From Desulfobacterales bacterium (GTDB taxonomy: Bacteria; Desulfobacterota; Desulfobacteria; Desulfobacterales; UBA5616): DNA of 64,000 nucleotides. Numbering within the stretch: position 1 is the first letter of the stretch; each line of letters opens with the position of its first letter. The notes below the pieces were generated by a model that had not been told where the DNA came from, made no database searches, and saw nothing but the letters and a program-made list of their open reading frames with translations. Location of the stretch: the NCBI GenBank assembly GCA_046483495.1, contig JAWODC010000074.1, positions 1 through 64,000 of the forward strand, written 5' to 3'. This document shows positions 52,245 through 61,933 of this stretch, piece by piece. The translations under genes and the position numbers were made by a program.

Positions 52245-53426
52245 ATGGATTTCGAACTCACCGATAAACAGAAGCAATTGAGACAGACGGTGCGCGAATT
52301 TTTAGAGTCCGAGATCGCACCCATTGCCAATGGAAGAGATTTGCAGGGGGCGCTGACAAAGGCGGAACTGAAGGCCTTTATCAAAAAACTTATGCCCTTT
52401 GGGTATTACAACGGCATGCTGCCTGAAACCCTTGGCGGCAAAGGGCTCGATGCAACAACCATGGCACTTCTCCTCGAAGAGCTCTCCCGGGTTTGGTCCG
52501 GGCTCGCAGCAAGCGTATGGATCGCATCTTCGGTAAATGCCTTTGCCCTGGCATCCCCGCAATTCATGGAGCGTTTTCTGCCGCGAATACTGGAAGGCGA
52601 ACTCATCGGCTGCGCGGCCATCACGGAACCCGACGCCGGCTCCAATGCCGCGGCCCTTAAAACGACAGCGGTCAAGGATAGAGACGAATGGGTGCTCAAT
52701 GGGAGCAAAACATGGATTTCAAACGGCGGCGTCGCCGACGTGGTGAACGTACTCGCCATCACCGACAGCGGAAAGGGGCCTCTCGGGATCTCCATGGTGC
52801 TGGTGGAGCGGGACGTATCCCCATTCGAACACCGGGAGCTGCATAAAATCGGCTGGCGTGCATTTCCCACCGCCGAGCTGTTCTTCAAGGACTGCCGGGT
52901 TCCCGCCGAAAACGTAGTCAGCTCGATGGGGTCCGATCCTGATCCGGGGGCGCCGCGCTCCGGTTACCAGAATATGATGGCGGCCTTTGAATCCGCCCGG
53001 TCCACCATGTCCGTACTGGCCGTGGGGATCTGTCAGGCAGCCGTGGATGCCACACTGGCCTATGTTAAAAACAGGCACCAGTACAATAAGCCGATCGGTG
53101 CTTTTCAGATGGTCCAGGAGATGGTCGCCGATATGATTACGGAAACCGATGCCGCCCGTTTTCTCACGTACCGCGCCTGGCAGCGCATCGACCAGGGGAA
53201 AAGAGCCCGTATGGAATCTTCCATTGCAAAAGGATACGCCTGCGAAGCGGCTGTCCGCGTAGCCTTGAATGCCGTAAACATTCACGGCGGTATCGGCATC
53301 GATGAGCGCCATCCCGTCGAACGCTACCTGCGGGACGCCCGGGCCCTCACCATCCCCGACGGGACCACCCAAATCCAGAAATTGGTCATCGGCAGGGAGG
53401 CAATCGGCATTCGGGCATTTGAATAA
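52245..53426 (+). CDS. Acyl-CoA dehydrogenase (IPDGT type)
   Basis: ITEPDAGS, GSKTWISNG, IHGGIG, ERYLRDA..TIPDGTTQIQ; AAGGAG RBS. Confidence 0.92.
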   Translation: MDFELTDKQKQLRQTVREFLESEIAPIANGRDLQGALTKAELKAFIKKLMPFGYYNGMLPETLGGKGLDATTMALLLEELSRVWSGLAASVWIASSVNAFALASPQFMERFLPRILEGELIGCAAITEPDAGSNAAALKTTAVKDRDEWVLNGSKTWISNGGVADVVNVLAITDSGKGPLGISMVLVERDVSPFEHRELHKIGWRAFPTAELFFKDCRVPAENVVSSMGSDPDPGAPRSGYQNMMAAFESARSTMSVLAVGICQAAVDATLAYVKNRHQYNKPIGAFQMVQEMVADMITETDAARFLTYRAWQRIDQGKRARMESSIAKGYACEAAVRVALNAVNIHGGIGIDERHPVERYLRDARALTIPDGTTQIQKLVIGREAIGIRAFE

Positions 53427-53460
53427 ACTGGAATGCCCGGCAATAAATAGCACCCTTCTT

Positions 53461-54906
53461 CTATTTCTCATGCCCACCGGTCCGATGAACACTTCGGCGC
53501 CGGTGCAGCTCGATGACATTGTTTAAAGCACGGCTGCATCGTTCGACACCGGGAAATACCGCATACCCTGCTTCTGTTATTTTCCTTTCGAGATCCAGGC
53601 GGATTTTTGCCCGAATGGTTTCGGGAAACACGACCACGATCGGCTTTTTTACATCCTCGAAGGCCTGTGTCAGCACGCCGAGAATGTGATTGGAAATTTC
53701 ACCGGCCAGGCTGCCGGCGACCCCTATGTATTCAATGGCCATTACCACGGTGATAATATCGATGTCTTCTTCTCGGTCCAGCCTCTTGAAAAGAGGCCCG
53801 TGATTGCCAAGGTCGAAAAAAGACGATGCCATATCCAGCGGGTTTTTGATGGACGTTCCAGGCACATCCACCCATTGGCGAAGATCACGGCATACCGATT
53901 CACTGAACTTGGGCACCTCGAACCCATTCATTGAAAACAAGTCCGTAAACATCACGCCGAGTCCTCCGGATACCGACATCAAAGCCATTTTCCGCCCGTT
54001 TGGAACGGGGGAAAACAGCAGCAGTTTGGCGGTATCCAGCATCTCTTCGATGGTGCCGACCATGATGGCACCCGCCTGCCGGCACACGGCTTCCCATGCG
54101 GTCATGGAACCCGCCATGGCGCCGGTATGCGAGAGAACCGCCCGGGTTCCGGAATCGGTTTTTCCCCCTTTGAGCACCAGAACCGGCTTTGCCGCCGCAG
54201 CGGCCGCCAATGCGCTTCTCAGCGCAGCCCCGTCTTTCGTGCCTTCCAGGTAGGCGCAGATGATTTCCGTGTCCGGATCTTCGGCCAGATACAAGAGGCT
54301 GTCCACCGCGCCGAAGTCGCATTCATTGCCGTATGAAATCGATTTGGCAAACCCGATTCCCTTATCCGCCGCCATAAACACGGGTGTCATCGCCACCCCG
54401 CCGCTCTGGCTCAAAATGCTGATTCGGCCGTTTGTCAGCCCACGGGGCATATCGGCGCGATAGCTCAGCCCCGTTTTGGGGCAATAAAATCCCATGCAGT
54501 TGGGTCCGATGAGACGAAGATTTCCTTTTCGAGCGATCTCGACAATTTCAGCCTCCCGGGCGGCGCCGGCTTCCCCCTCCCATTCCCGAAACCCCGACGT
54601 GAACATAACCGCACTTTTGACACCCTTTACCACACAGTCTCTGACGATGTTCGGAACCACGTTTGCCCGAACCGCGACCACAACGTGATCGACCGGTCCG
54701 GGAATATCCAATAAGGATGGATACGTTTCATAATTTTTGATCCGCCCCTTGGGGTTTATGGCATACAGCTTACCCGTGAAACCCTGTTTCATGTGGGCCA
54801 GCAAAAAACCCGGGCCGCCCATTCCCTTGCTGGACTCCCCGACGACTGCAACGGACCGGGGATGGAAGAGTCGATCCACCTGATTGAAATGCTCCGTTTT
54901 GCTCAT
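53461..54906 (-). CDS. NDP-forming acyl-CoA synthetase alpha-subunit-like CoA-binding protein
   Basis: FHPRSVAVVG, IGPNCMG, SQSGG, SYGNE, SHTGA phospho-His; no ATP-grasp domain. Confidence 0.85.
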   Translation of the reverse strand: MSKTEHFNQVDRLFHPRSVAVVGESSKGMGGPGFLLAHMKQGFTGKLYAINPKGRIKNYETYPSLLDIPGPVDHVVVAVRANVVPNIVRDCVVKGVKSAVMFTSGFREWEGEAGAAREAEIVEIARKGNLRLIGPNCMGFYCPKTGLSYRADMPRGLTNGRISILSQSGGVAMTPVFMAADKGIGFAKSISYGNECDFGAVDSLLYLAEDPDTEIICAYLEGTKDGAALRSALAAAAAAKPVLVLKGGKTDSGTRAVLSHTGAMAGSMTAWEAVCRQAGAIMVGTIEEMLDTAKLLLFSPVPNGRKMALMSVSGGLGVMFTDLFSMNGFEVPKFSESVCRDLRQWVDVPGTSIKNPLDMASSFFDLGNHGPLFKRLDREEDIDIITVVMAIEYIGVAGSLAGEISNHILGVLTQAFEDVKKPIVVVFPETIRAKIRLDLERKITEAGYAVFPGVERCSRALNNVIELHRRRSVHRTGGHEK

Positions 54907-55050
54907 TCACATCTCCTTTTATTCAGTTCCCCCGGCTCGAGGTTCGGTAGACGGCATGGTATGAAACGAACGTTTATAGCCCTTCGGGTCGTCACAATGC
55001 ATGAAAATGAGTTTACTTTCATGTTCGGTACACCGCTTCAGCCGAATACG

Positions 55051-56586
55051 CTATAGCCGATTCTCCTGCTTTTCCATGTCGATCCATCCATACGTCCGCT
55101 CAACCGCCTTTTGCCACCCCGATATCCCTTTTCTTCTTTCAGCGTCTTTCATGGCGGGGCTCCAGGTCCTGTCCACAGACCAATTTTGGACAAGCTCATC
55201 GAAATCCTTCCAAAAGCCGATCGCTAGTCCCGCAGCATACGCAGCACCCAGCGCCGTGGTTTCGGTCACCGTCGGACGAATCACCGGGACATTTAAAATA
55301 TCCGACTGGAACTGCATCAACAAGTCATTTTCAACCATGCCCCCATCCACCTTGAGATGCTTTATCGAAACCCCGGAATCCATGTTCATGGCGGCAACGA
55401 TATCATGGGTTTGATAAGCGCATGCCTCCAATGCCGCCCGTGCTATATGAGCTTTGGTGATGTATCCGGTAAGCCCTACCACCACACCCCTGGCATCGGA
55501 GCGCCAATAGGGCGCAAACAGTCCGGAAAATGCCGGCACAATGTAAATATCACCGCTGTCATCGACACCTCGGGCGACTTGTTCGACTTCTTTTGCGGTG
55601 GAAATGATACCGAGATTGTCCCGCAGCCACTGGATCAAAGCGCCGGCCACCGCTATGGAACCTTCAAGACAATACACCGGCCTCTGTCCCCTCACCTGGT
55701 ATGCCACGGTTGTGATCAGGCCGTTTTGCGATAATACCGGCCGGCTGCCCGTATTCATCAAAAGAAAGCAGCCCGTGCCGTATGTATTCTTCGCATCACC
55801 GGGCGAAAAACAGGTTTGTCCGAAAAGGGCGGCCTGCTGATCACCCAGGGCGCCGCATACGGGAATTTCGGCACCTAACGGGCCGTCGGACCGGGTGGTT
55901 CCCCAGGACCGGTCATCCATTGACGGCACAATTTCAGGCAGGATTGCGGCCGGAATATGCAACCGCTCGAGCATTTCTTCATCCCAGGCAAGCGTGCCGA
56001 TGTTCATGAGAAGCGTGCGGGAGGCATTCGTTACATCCGATACGTGAACACCGCCGTCAGGCCCGCCGGTAAGATTCCAAATGATCCACGATTCGATCGT
56101 TCCGGCAAGCAAGTCTTCGGTTTTGACCGCTTTGCCTTCCCGAGCGATCGCGTCGAGAATCCAACGCAATTTCGGGCCTGAAAAATACGTGGCGACCGGC
56201 AGTCCGGTCTTTTCACGAAACCCATCCAGACCGTACGTTGCCGTCAAATCACGGCACAGGCGGTCCGTGCGCGTACACTGCCATACCACGGCATTGTAAA
56301 CGGGAATCCCCGTATGCCGGTTCCAGACCACCACCGTTTCCCGCTGGTTGGTAATTCCCAATGCGGCGATCTCGGCTCCGGAAACACCGGACTTGCCCAG
56401 TGCCCTTTGCATGACGGATCGCGTGTTTTCCCACATTTCGACCGGGTCATGCTCGACCCAACCGGGGCGGGGAAATATCTGGCGGTGCTCCTTTTGGCTG
56501 GAGCCGACAATGCAGCCTTCTTTATCGAAAATGATGAACCGACAACTGGTGGTTCCCAAATCCAGCGCTCCGATATACTTGAACAT
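55051..56586 (-). CDS. glpK: Glycerol kinase
   Basis: [51 protein letters not shown]. Confidence 0.96.
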   Translation of the reverse strand: MFKYIGALDLGTTSCRFIIFDKEGCIVGSSQKEHRQIFPRPGWVEHDPVEMWENTRSVMQRALGKSGVSGAEIAALGITNQRETVVVWNRHTGIPVYNAVVWQCTRTDRLCRDLTATYGLDGFREKTGLPVATYFSGPKLRWILDAIAREGKAVKTEDLLAGTIESWIIWNLTGGPDGGVHVSDVTNASRTLLMNIGTLAWDEEMLERLHIPAAILPEIVPSMDDRSWGTTRSDGPLGAEIPVCGALGDQQAALFGQTCFSPGDAKNTYGTGCFLLMNTGSRPVLSQNGLITTVAYQVRGQRPVYCLEGSIAVAGALIQWLRDNLGIISTAKEVEQVARGVDDSGDIYIVPAFSGLFAPYWRSDARGVVVGLTGYITKAHIARAALEACAYQTHDIVAAMNMDSGVSIKHLKVDGGMVENDLLMQFQSDILNVPVIRPTVTETTALGAAYAAGLAIGFWKDFDELVQNWSVDRTWSPAMKDAERRKGISGWQKAVERTYGWIDMEKQENRL

Positions 56587-56689
56587 GTGAGGGGCTCCCT
56601 TTGTATATGGATGATATAATCCGTTCGGGGGGTTTCTAAAGCGTACAGGCTGTGATTGAGGCTTTATGCCGTGCAGTGTAGCACTAGCG

Positions 56690-57364
56690 CTAACGAACCG
56701 TCGGCCCTCGTTTGTTTATCTGGTCTTTAAGCCATAAGAGCCACGCCTCGAAGCCTTCACCTGTCGTGCAGGAGATTTGAAAAATCGTGACGTCCGGATT
56801 CAGCTCGCGGATCGCCCGGTTAAATGCGTTGATGTCGAAACGAAGATGCGGCAGCAAATCGATCTTATTCACCAGGACGACATCGGCTTCCGTAAACATC
56901 AATGGATATTTTTCGGGTTTATCATCCCCCTCCGGGATGCTCAGCAAAATGGCCTTCTTATGTTCGCCCAATTCAAATTCCGCCGGACAAATAAGATTGC
57001 CGACATTTTCGATCAAGATAAGATCGGTCTGTTCCAGCGGCAGATTATTCAATGCATTCTCGACCATGTTGGCGTCCAAATGGCATCCCCCGGGGAAATT
57101 GATCTGAACCACGGGTACTCCCTGCTCATTGATTTTGTCTGCATCGATCGTAGAGGCGACATCGCCTTCGATAACCGAAATGCGCAGGTTTTCCTTCAGC
57201 CCGTTTATCGTTTCCATGATGAGGCTGGTTTTCCCCGCGCCGGGTGAAGACATGATATTCAGTGCGAAAATATTGAAGTCATCGAACCGCCGCCGGTTGC
57301 CCTGGGCTTTCATTTTATTGGCGCCCATGATGTCTTCCCGAATACTCAAAACTTTAACGGCCAT
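56690..57364 (-). CDS. hypB: Nickel incorporation GTPase HypB
   Basis: [39 protein letters not shown]. Confidence 0.95.
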   Translation of the reverse strand: MAVKVLSIREDIMGANKMKAQGNRRRFDDFNIFALNIMSSPGAGKTSLIMETINGLKENLRISVIEGDVASTIDADKINEQGVPVVQINFPGGCHLDANMVENALNNLPLEQTDLILIENVGNLICPAEFELGEHKKAILLSIPEGDDKPEKYPLMFTEADVVLVNKIDLLPHLRFDINAFNRAIRELNPDVTIFQISCTTGEGFEAWLLWLKDQINKRGPTVR

Positions 57365-57366
57365 AA

Positions 57367-57708
57367 CTATTCGACCTCTATACTTTCTACATAATATTCT
57401 TTCCCGGCCACGACGTCTACGCTTCTTTTCCCGCACTCCGGACATCGCATACGCTGATGTTCAGGAATGAAAATGATGCCGCAATTACGGCATCGAAGCT
57501 GGGTTTCCGGATGGTTAAACGAAAGAACGGCCTCTTCGGCAATGGTGCCTTTCTTGATTACGTCAAATTGAAATTGAATGCACTCGGGCACCAGGCCCGT
57601 GAGCTTGCCCACCACAAGGTCGATTCGCGTTACCTTGCCCGCATGGGCCGTTCCCGCGTGTTCAAGTACGATATCCAACATACTGATAGTAAACGGAAGT
57701 TCGTGCAT
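57367..57708 (-). CDS. hypA: Nickel metallochaperone HypA
   Basis: MHE N-terminus, CRNC and CPEC, G.E....IEVE. Confidence 0.95.
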   Translation of the reverse strand: MHELPFTISMLDIVLEHAGTAHAGKVTRIDLVVGKLTGLVPECIQFQFDVIKKGTIAEEAVLSFNHPETQLRCRNCGIIFIPEHQRMRCPECGKRSVDVVAGKEYYVESIEVE

Positions 57709-57720
57709 CGAAAAAAATAC

Positions 57721-57767
57721 AGTCCCATCCGGAAATGCGAAAATTCACGCCGTTTCCGGATGGGCGC
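57721..57767. repeat. Miniature hairpin sharing termini with the 142-bp element
   Basis: AGTCCCATCCGGAAAT...GTTTCCGGATGGGCGC; 12-bp perfect stem. Confidence 0.65.
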
Positions 57768-57770
57768 CTT

Positions 57771-58889
57771 CTATTTCATCTTTATCAGTTCAGTCCTTCC
57801 CGTCTGCTGTGCTCTTATTTTCATAAAATCGAGCCATTCATGGGGATAGACGGTGATCTCCTTTTTGCGCTCGAGCTTTCTGGCCTGACTGGGACAAGCC
57901 AGTACACAAAGCCCGCAGCCCAGACATTTTTCTTCGTCAGTGACGGCCTTTTTGTTTTTAGCATCATAGCTGATGGCATTTGCGGGGCATATCTTGATGC
58001 ATTCTTTCTTTCCATCACACTGGTCCCAATCCTCAACGGCATAAAAGTTGGATGTCAAATCAGCTTGTGGAACACCCATCAAATAAACGGAGAGAAGACC
58101 GCAATGGCAGGGGCAGCAGGCACAAATCGCAAGCGTATGCTCACAGTTGAAGGCGTGCAGGACCGCACCCGAGTTCTTGGCTCTTTGATATGTTTTAAGG
58201 ACATCTTCTTTACTGGCGGGTTTTGCACCCTCACATGCAACAAATGTCTGCGCCCAGAACCCCAAAAACGTGCACATGTTGTCCACGGGTACACGGGTGC
58301 AGGGGTTGCCCCTTATCTGGGCCGTTTTACGGCACTGGCAATCGGTTTGAGCCAATCCGCCCTGTTCTTCGGCCCCTGCGTGAACGAGGAGATGGGAAAA
58401 CAGTTCGCTCGGCATTACTTCCATATCGTGGGGAATCGCCTCTTCATAGGGAAGTACCCTGAACCAGGGTGTTATATCGGGAGTCGGGCCGAAAATGGTC
58501 TCAGCCATGGAATCCGGTGTGATTTTATCCAGGACATTTGCGAAAAATTCAGGGCTGTAATGCTTCACCTGCAACTCATAAGTACCGGGTGCGTAAGGAA
58601 TCACCATGTAAGAGCGGTTTTCTTTCGGTCCGGAAAGACCGACCCAGGTCTTGCGGACCAGGCTTTCGAGCAGCGGCTGAATGTCTTCCTTGCTGCGGCC
58701 GATTCTCTTTGCGATATCGTCGATATGCTCCGGATAGGCCATTAATTGACTCATCAGTTCGCCCTCTTCGTCGGTCATCGGGAACGGCCGTTCAAGAATT
58801 TTATATTCATCCCCGTCCGCGGTGCGGGGGAAACCAAACGGCATTTTTCGCAAATGATCGATTACTTTTTTTCCAATTTCAATTTTCAT
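57771..58889 (-). CDS. Cys-rich 4Fe-4S dicluster protein with N-terminal HTH-like region
   Basis: CQCR, ICACCPCHC, CDGKKECIKICP, CLGCGLCVLACP. Confidence 0.85.
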   Translation of the reverse strand: MKIEIGKKVIDHLRKMPFGFPRTADGDEYKILERPFPMTDEEGELMSQLMAYPEHIDDIAKRIGRSKEDIQPLLESLVRKTWVGLSGPKENRSYMVIPYAPGTYELQVKHYSPEFFANVLDKITPDSMAETIFGPTPDITPWFRVLPYEEAIPHDMEVMPSELFSHLLVHAGAEEQGGLAQTDCQCRKTAQIRGNPCTRVPVDNMCTFLGFWAQTFVACEGAKPASKEDVLKTYQRAKNSGAVLHAFNCEHTLAICACCPCHCGLLSVYLMGVPQADLTSNFYAVEDWDQCDGKKECIKICPANAISYDAKNKKAVTDEEKCLGCGLCVLACPSQARKLERKKEITVYPHEWLDFMKIRAQQTGRTELIKMK

Positions 58890-58939
58890 CGAACTCTCCC
58901 TTTTTTATGGTTTGGCTGATCTGTCATTTATCCTGATTT

Positions 58940-60217
58940 TCAGGAAGAAGTCAGGTGCCGTGCCAATCGTTTCCCCAGAGATATCAAGGTGAGCACCGGA
59001 GGCAACCCCCAGGCTGTGGGTATTACCGATGCATCACACACGTAGAGATTGTCCACCTGGGTTTTGAGGTTCCGGTCCACAAACTCACCGATCTTGATGG
59101 TGCCGCCCGGGTGCGCCCCCGAGATGGAAGACGTAAACGTGGATGTCGCCCCGGCATTTTTAAGGATTTGTTCCGCCGTTTCCGTCCCTTCCTTGAATCG
59201 CTTTTTTTCCACCTCCCCCAGTTCCTTTAAAACAGGCCCCTTCTCCGTTAAACGGCCGCTCAATTCATCCCGGATTTTGACCATGATGGACAAGGCGCTT
59301 TTTCCGGAAAACAGTTTGGAGAATTCACCGGCGGAAAGGGCGCTGCTCATGTATCTCAATCCCGTAAACGTCAGATCGGTCAGCAAATAACCCTCCTTTG
59401 AATAGTTGATGCCGGTGGACATGGGAATTTCCCTCAACCCGCCTTTGGTGCCCTTTACAACACCGGTTACGAGCAGCAGGGGATCGAAAAAAAAATCCCT
59501 GCCTACACCATCCACCCCCGACTTTTCCAGTATTTTCGGACTGTACATGCCGCCGGCGGAAAGAATTACGAGGGGTGCTTCAACCCTTACGGTTTCGTCT
59601 TTTTTTCGGAACGCTACGCCTGTCGCCTTGCCGTTTTCGATGATGATCCTGTCCACCTTGGTTTCGACCGCCAATTCCCCACCGTTTTCCAAGGCTTCAA
59701 CGGCAAATGCCCTCGCCGTCCACTTCGCACCGTAAGGGCAGTTGTACGTGCATTTCCAGCAGCCGGGACGGCATTTGGATGCATCGATGAATTTTGGAAT
59801 TTTTTGCCAGTCTATTCCCAAATCCAGGGCTGATTCCATAACGCGTTTGGTCATGGGGCCGATCAACCGATCGGGAAGCGGTTCGATTCCCAGTTCCTCT
59901 TTTGTTTCAGCCGCATACTCTCGAAGATCGATGCCATGCGCATCGAATATATCATAGGGCGGCTCCAGTGCGGCGCCGCAAAAGGAGAAGGTGGCTCCCC
60001 CGACAACGGATTGTGTGATAATCGGTGTCTTGCCCGTAGTGGGAATCGAACGGATTGTAGGCATCATTTGCAGCAAACTCCCCTTCACGGCCGGATCTTT
60101 GCCTTTTTCCAGCATCAGAACCGTTTTCCCCGCTCTGCTCAATTCCCTGGCGACCGTACTGCCGCCGGGACCGGACCCCACAATAATCGCGTCAAACGTT
60201 TGATTTTCAAGTTTCAT
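58940..60217 (-). CDS. GMC-family FAD oxidoreductase with a Cys cluster
   Basis: IVGSGPGG, CRPGCWKCTYNCPYGAKW, AHPGGT, YVCDAS, PPVLT. Confidence 0.88.
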   Translation of the reverse strand: MKLENQTFDAIIVGSGPGGSTVARELSRAGKTVLMLEKGKDPAVKGSLLQMMPTIRSIPTTGKTPIITQSVVGGATFSFCGAALEPPYDIFDAHGIDLREYAAETKEELGIEPLPDRLIGPMTKRVMESALDLGIDWQKIPKFIDASKCRPGCWKCTYNCPYGAKWTARAFAVEALENGGELAVETKVDRIIIENGKATGVAFRKKDETVRVEAPLVILSAGGMYSPKILEKSGVDGVGRDFFFDPLLLVTGVVKGTKGGLREIPMSTGINYSKEGYLLTDLTFTGLRYMSSALSAGEFSKLFSGKSALSIMVKIRDELSGRLTEKGPVLKELGEVEKKRFKEGTETAEQILKNAGATSTFTSSISGAHPGGTIKIGEFVDRNLKTQVDNLYVCDASVIPTAWGLPPVLTLISLGKRLARHLTSS

Positions 60218-60288
60218 ATGGATTCTCCAGATCGCTGAACGATGTTCCCCCGAGTTGATTCATCAGAAATGCGCTGCTCGGCCGATGC

Positions 60289-61389
60289 CTAAGGCAGCTC
60301 AAAATTCCAATTCGGAGCACTCTTTGAAAACGCCGTGACCAAGCCATTCATCAATTCAGCGTCGAGTTTCGCAATCGCTTCTTCGGATTTACGGATCATC
60401 CGGACGGCGTTTTCCGGACACCCCGATGCACATGCCCCACAGCCGAGACATTTTTCAGTGTCCATGACGGCAACCGGATCCAGGCGGATCGCATCCACAA
60501 AGCACCGCTCTGCACAGGTTCCACAGGATACGCATTTTTCAGGATCAGCCTCGGCATAAAAATGATTATTGAAGTAGATATGATCTTTTCCAAATTTCAT
60601 GGCGAAGAAATTGATGCAGGCATGCTTGCAACAGTTGCAAACGATAAGATTGGGACCGCCCGTATTGACCTGGCCTTTTTCATGGCACTTTCGAATAATA
60701 TCGAAGCATTCGTCAAGAGTAACCGGCCGTGCCCAATGATTTTCGACGGCCCAGCTTGCCATATCTCCGAAACTGAAGCAGCATTCGACAATGCAGTCAC
60801 AGGAGGCGTCGGAATCGACACCGTGCTTGTCGATAATCCTGCACGGGCATCCGGATACCGCAATGCTTACTCCCTGATCATGTACGGCCCTGATCTGTTC
60901 AAAAAGATTTTCCTCGGGCGTTGCGTCCTCGGGAAGCACATCCACATGACACCAAAGCATTCCCGTTTTTCCAAGCTCCGCTATTCCTTCATTGACATAG
61001 ATAGGCCTGAACTTGTGCCAGAGTTCATTCAACCTTTTTTTAAAGGGGGTGCTGTTATCCCCCCAGCTCGCCGTTTCGATAATTCCCAACGCCTCCATGC
61101 CGATGGGTTTGTATAGCGGATCCTCTCTTCCAGGCTCCCTGTAAACCGTACCTTTTTTTTCCATGCTCTCGATCAGGGACAGGAGTTTATCTTTCCGGGT
61201 GCCGGTTTTCTCGATCAGCTCATCGATTTTTCCCCCTTCGGGCCCCATTTTCAAGGCCAGCCGGGCTTCTTCCGGAGTGTATTGAAAATAAAGGATTTCC
61301 ATTAACTCTGGAGACTTTACACCTGGTTGAGCACGAAATGTAGTAATGAGCCAATCCGCCAATCGTCCGTATACGGATGCATCGTTCAT
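60289..61389 (-). CDS. Cys-rich 4Fe-4S dicluster protein (paralog of 57771-58889)
   Basis: CPCR, VCNCCKHAC, CVSCGTCAERC, CLGCGACASGCP. Confidence 0.85.
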   Translation of the reverse strand: MNDASVYGRLADWLITTFRAQPGVKSPELMEILYFQYTPEEARLALKMGPEGGKIDELIEKTGTRKDKLLSLIESMEKKGTVYREPGREDPLYKPIGMEALGIIETASWGDNSTPFKKRLNELWHKFRPIYVNEGIAELGKTGMLWCHVDVLPEDATPEENLFEQIRAVHDQGVSIAVSGCPCRIIDKHGVDSDASCDCIVECCFSFGDMASWAVENHWARPVTLDECFDIIRKCHEKGQVNTGGPNLIVCNCCKHACINFFAMKFGKDHIYFNNHFYAEADPEKCVSCGTCAERCFVDAIRLDPVAVMDTEKCLGCGACASGCPENAVRMIRKSEEAIAKLDAELMNGLVTAFSKSAPNWNFELP

Positions 61390-61746
61390 TTTTTTCCTTC
61401 CGAAAGTTATGGTTTCGTAATAATCGAGACGAAATACAATCGATTCACGGAAATCTTTCTCAGCCCGCCGTCAATCGCCTTTCTTCACGCACGAACGGAC
61501 CGTTCACCTTTTTTGTGACGGTTATTGTCAGTGTATGCTTCGAACCGTTCCCAGTGAATGTATGACGGACGATCAAGGCGGTTCTGTTGCAAAAAAAGTG
61601 GCGGAATCTGCCGGGTTGACCTGCTCATAAGGGCGGCTACAAGCCTTTATCTTCACGAGGCGAGACGCTCCCTATGCAGGATCTGACGATCCATAGGGTA
61701 TTGCGTAACATCATTCATTTTTAATATCAAGGTTTATCTACTAAGG

Positions 61747-61788
61747 GTCCATCCATATCCGGAATCATCTGAAAACAAATGGGTGGAC
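61747..61788. repeat. Possible second miniature derivative of the palindromic element
   Basis: GTCCATCCAT...ATGGGTGGAC. Confidence 0.45.
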
Positions 61789-61933
61789 AAACGATTCTTA
61801 TCATGATCAAATAAAATTTTCGTGATTTTGTCTTTGCCGGCATTCAATGTATCGTCGATCGGAAAGCCGGTGCTTCGATTTCTTAAAACGGCGTAAGCCG
61901 AACCGGATACAAAAAATTGAAAGGTGCTGAACA

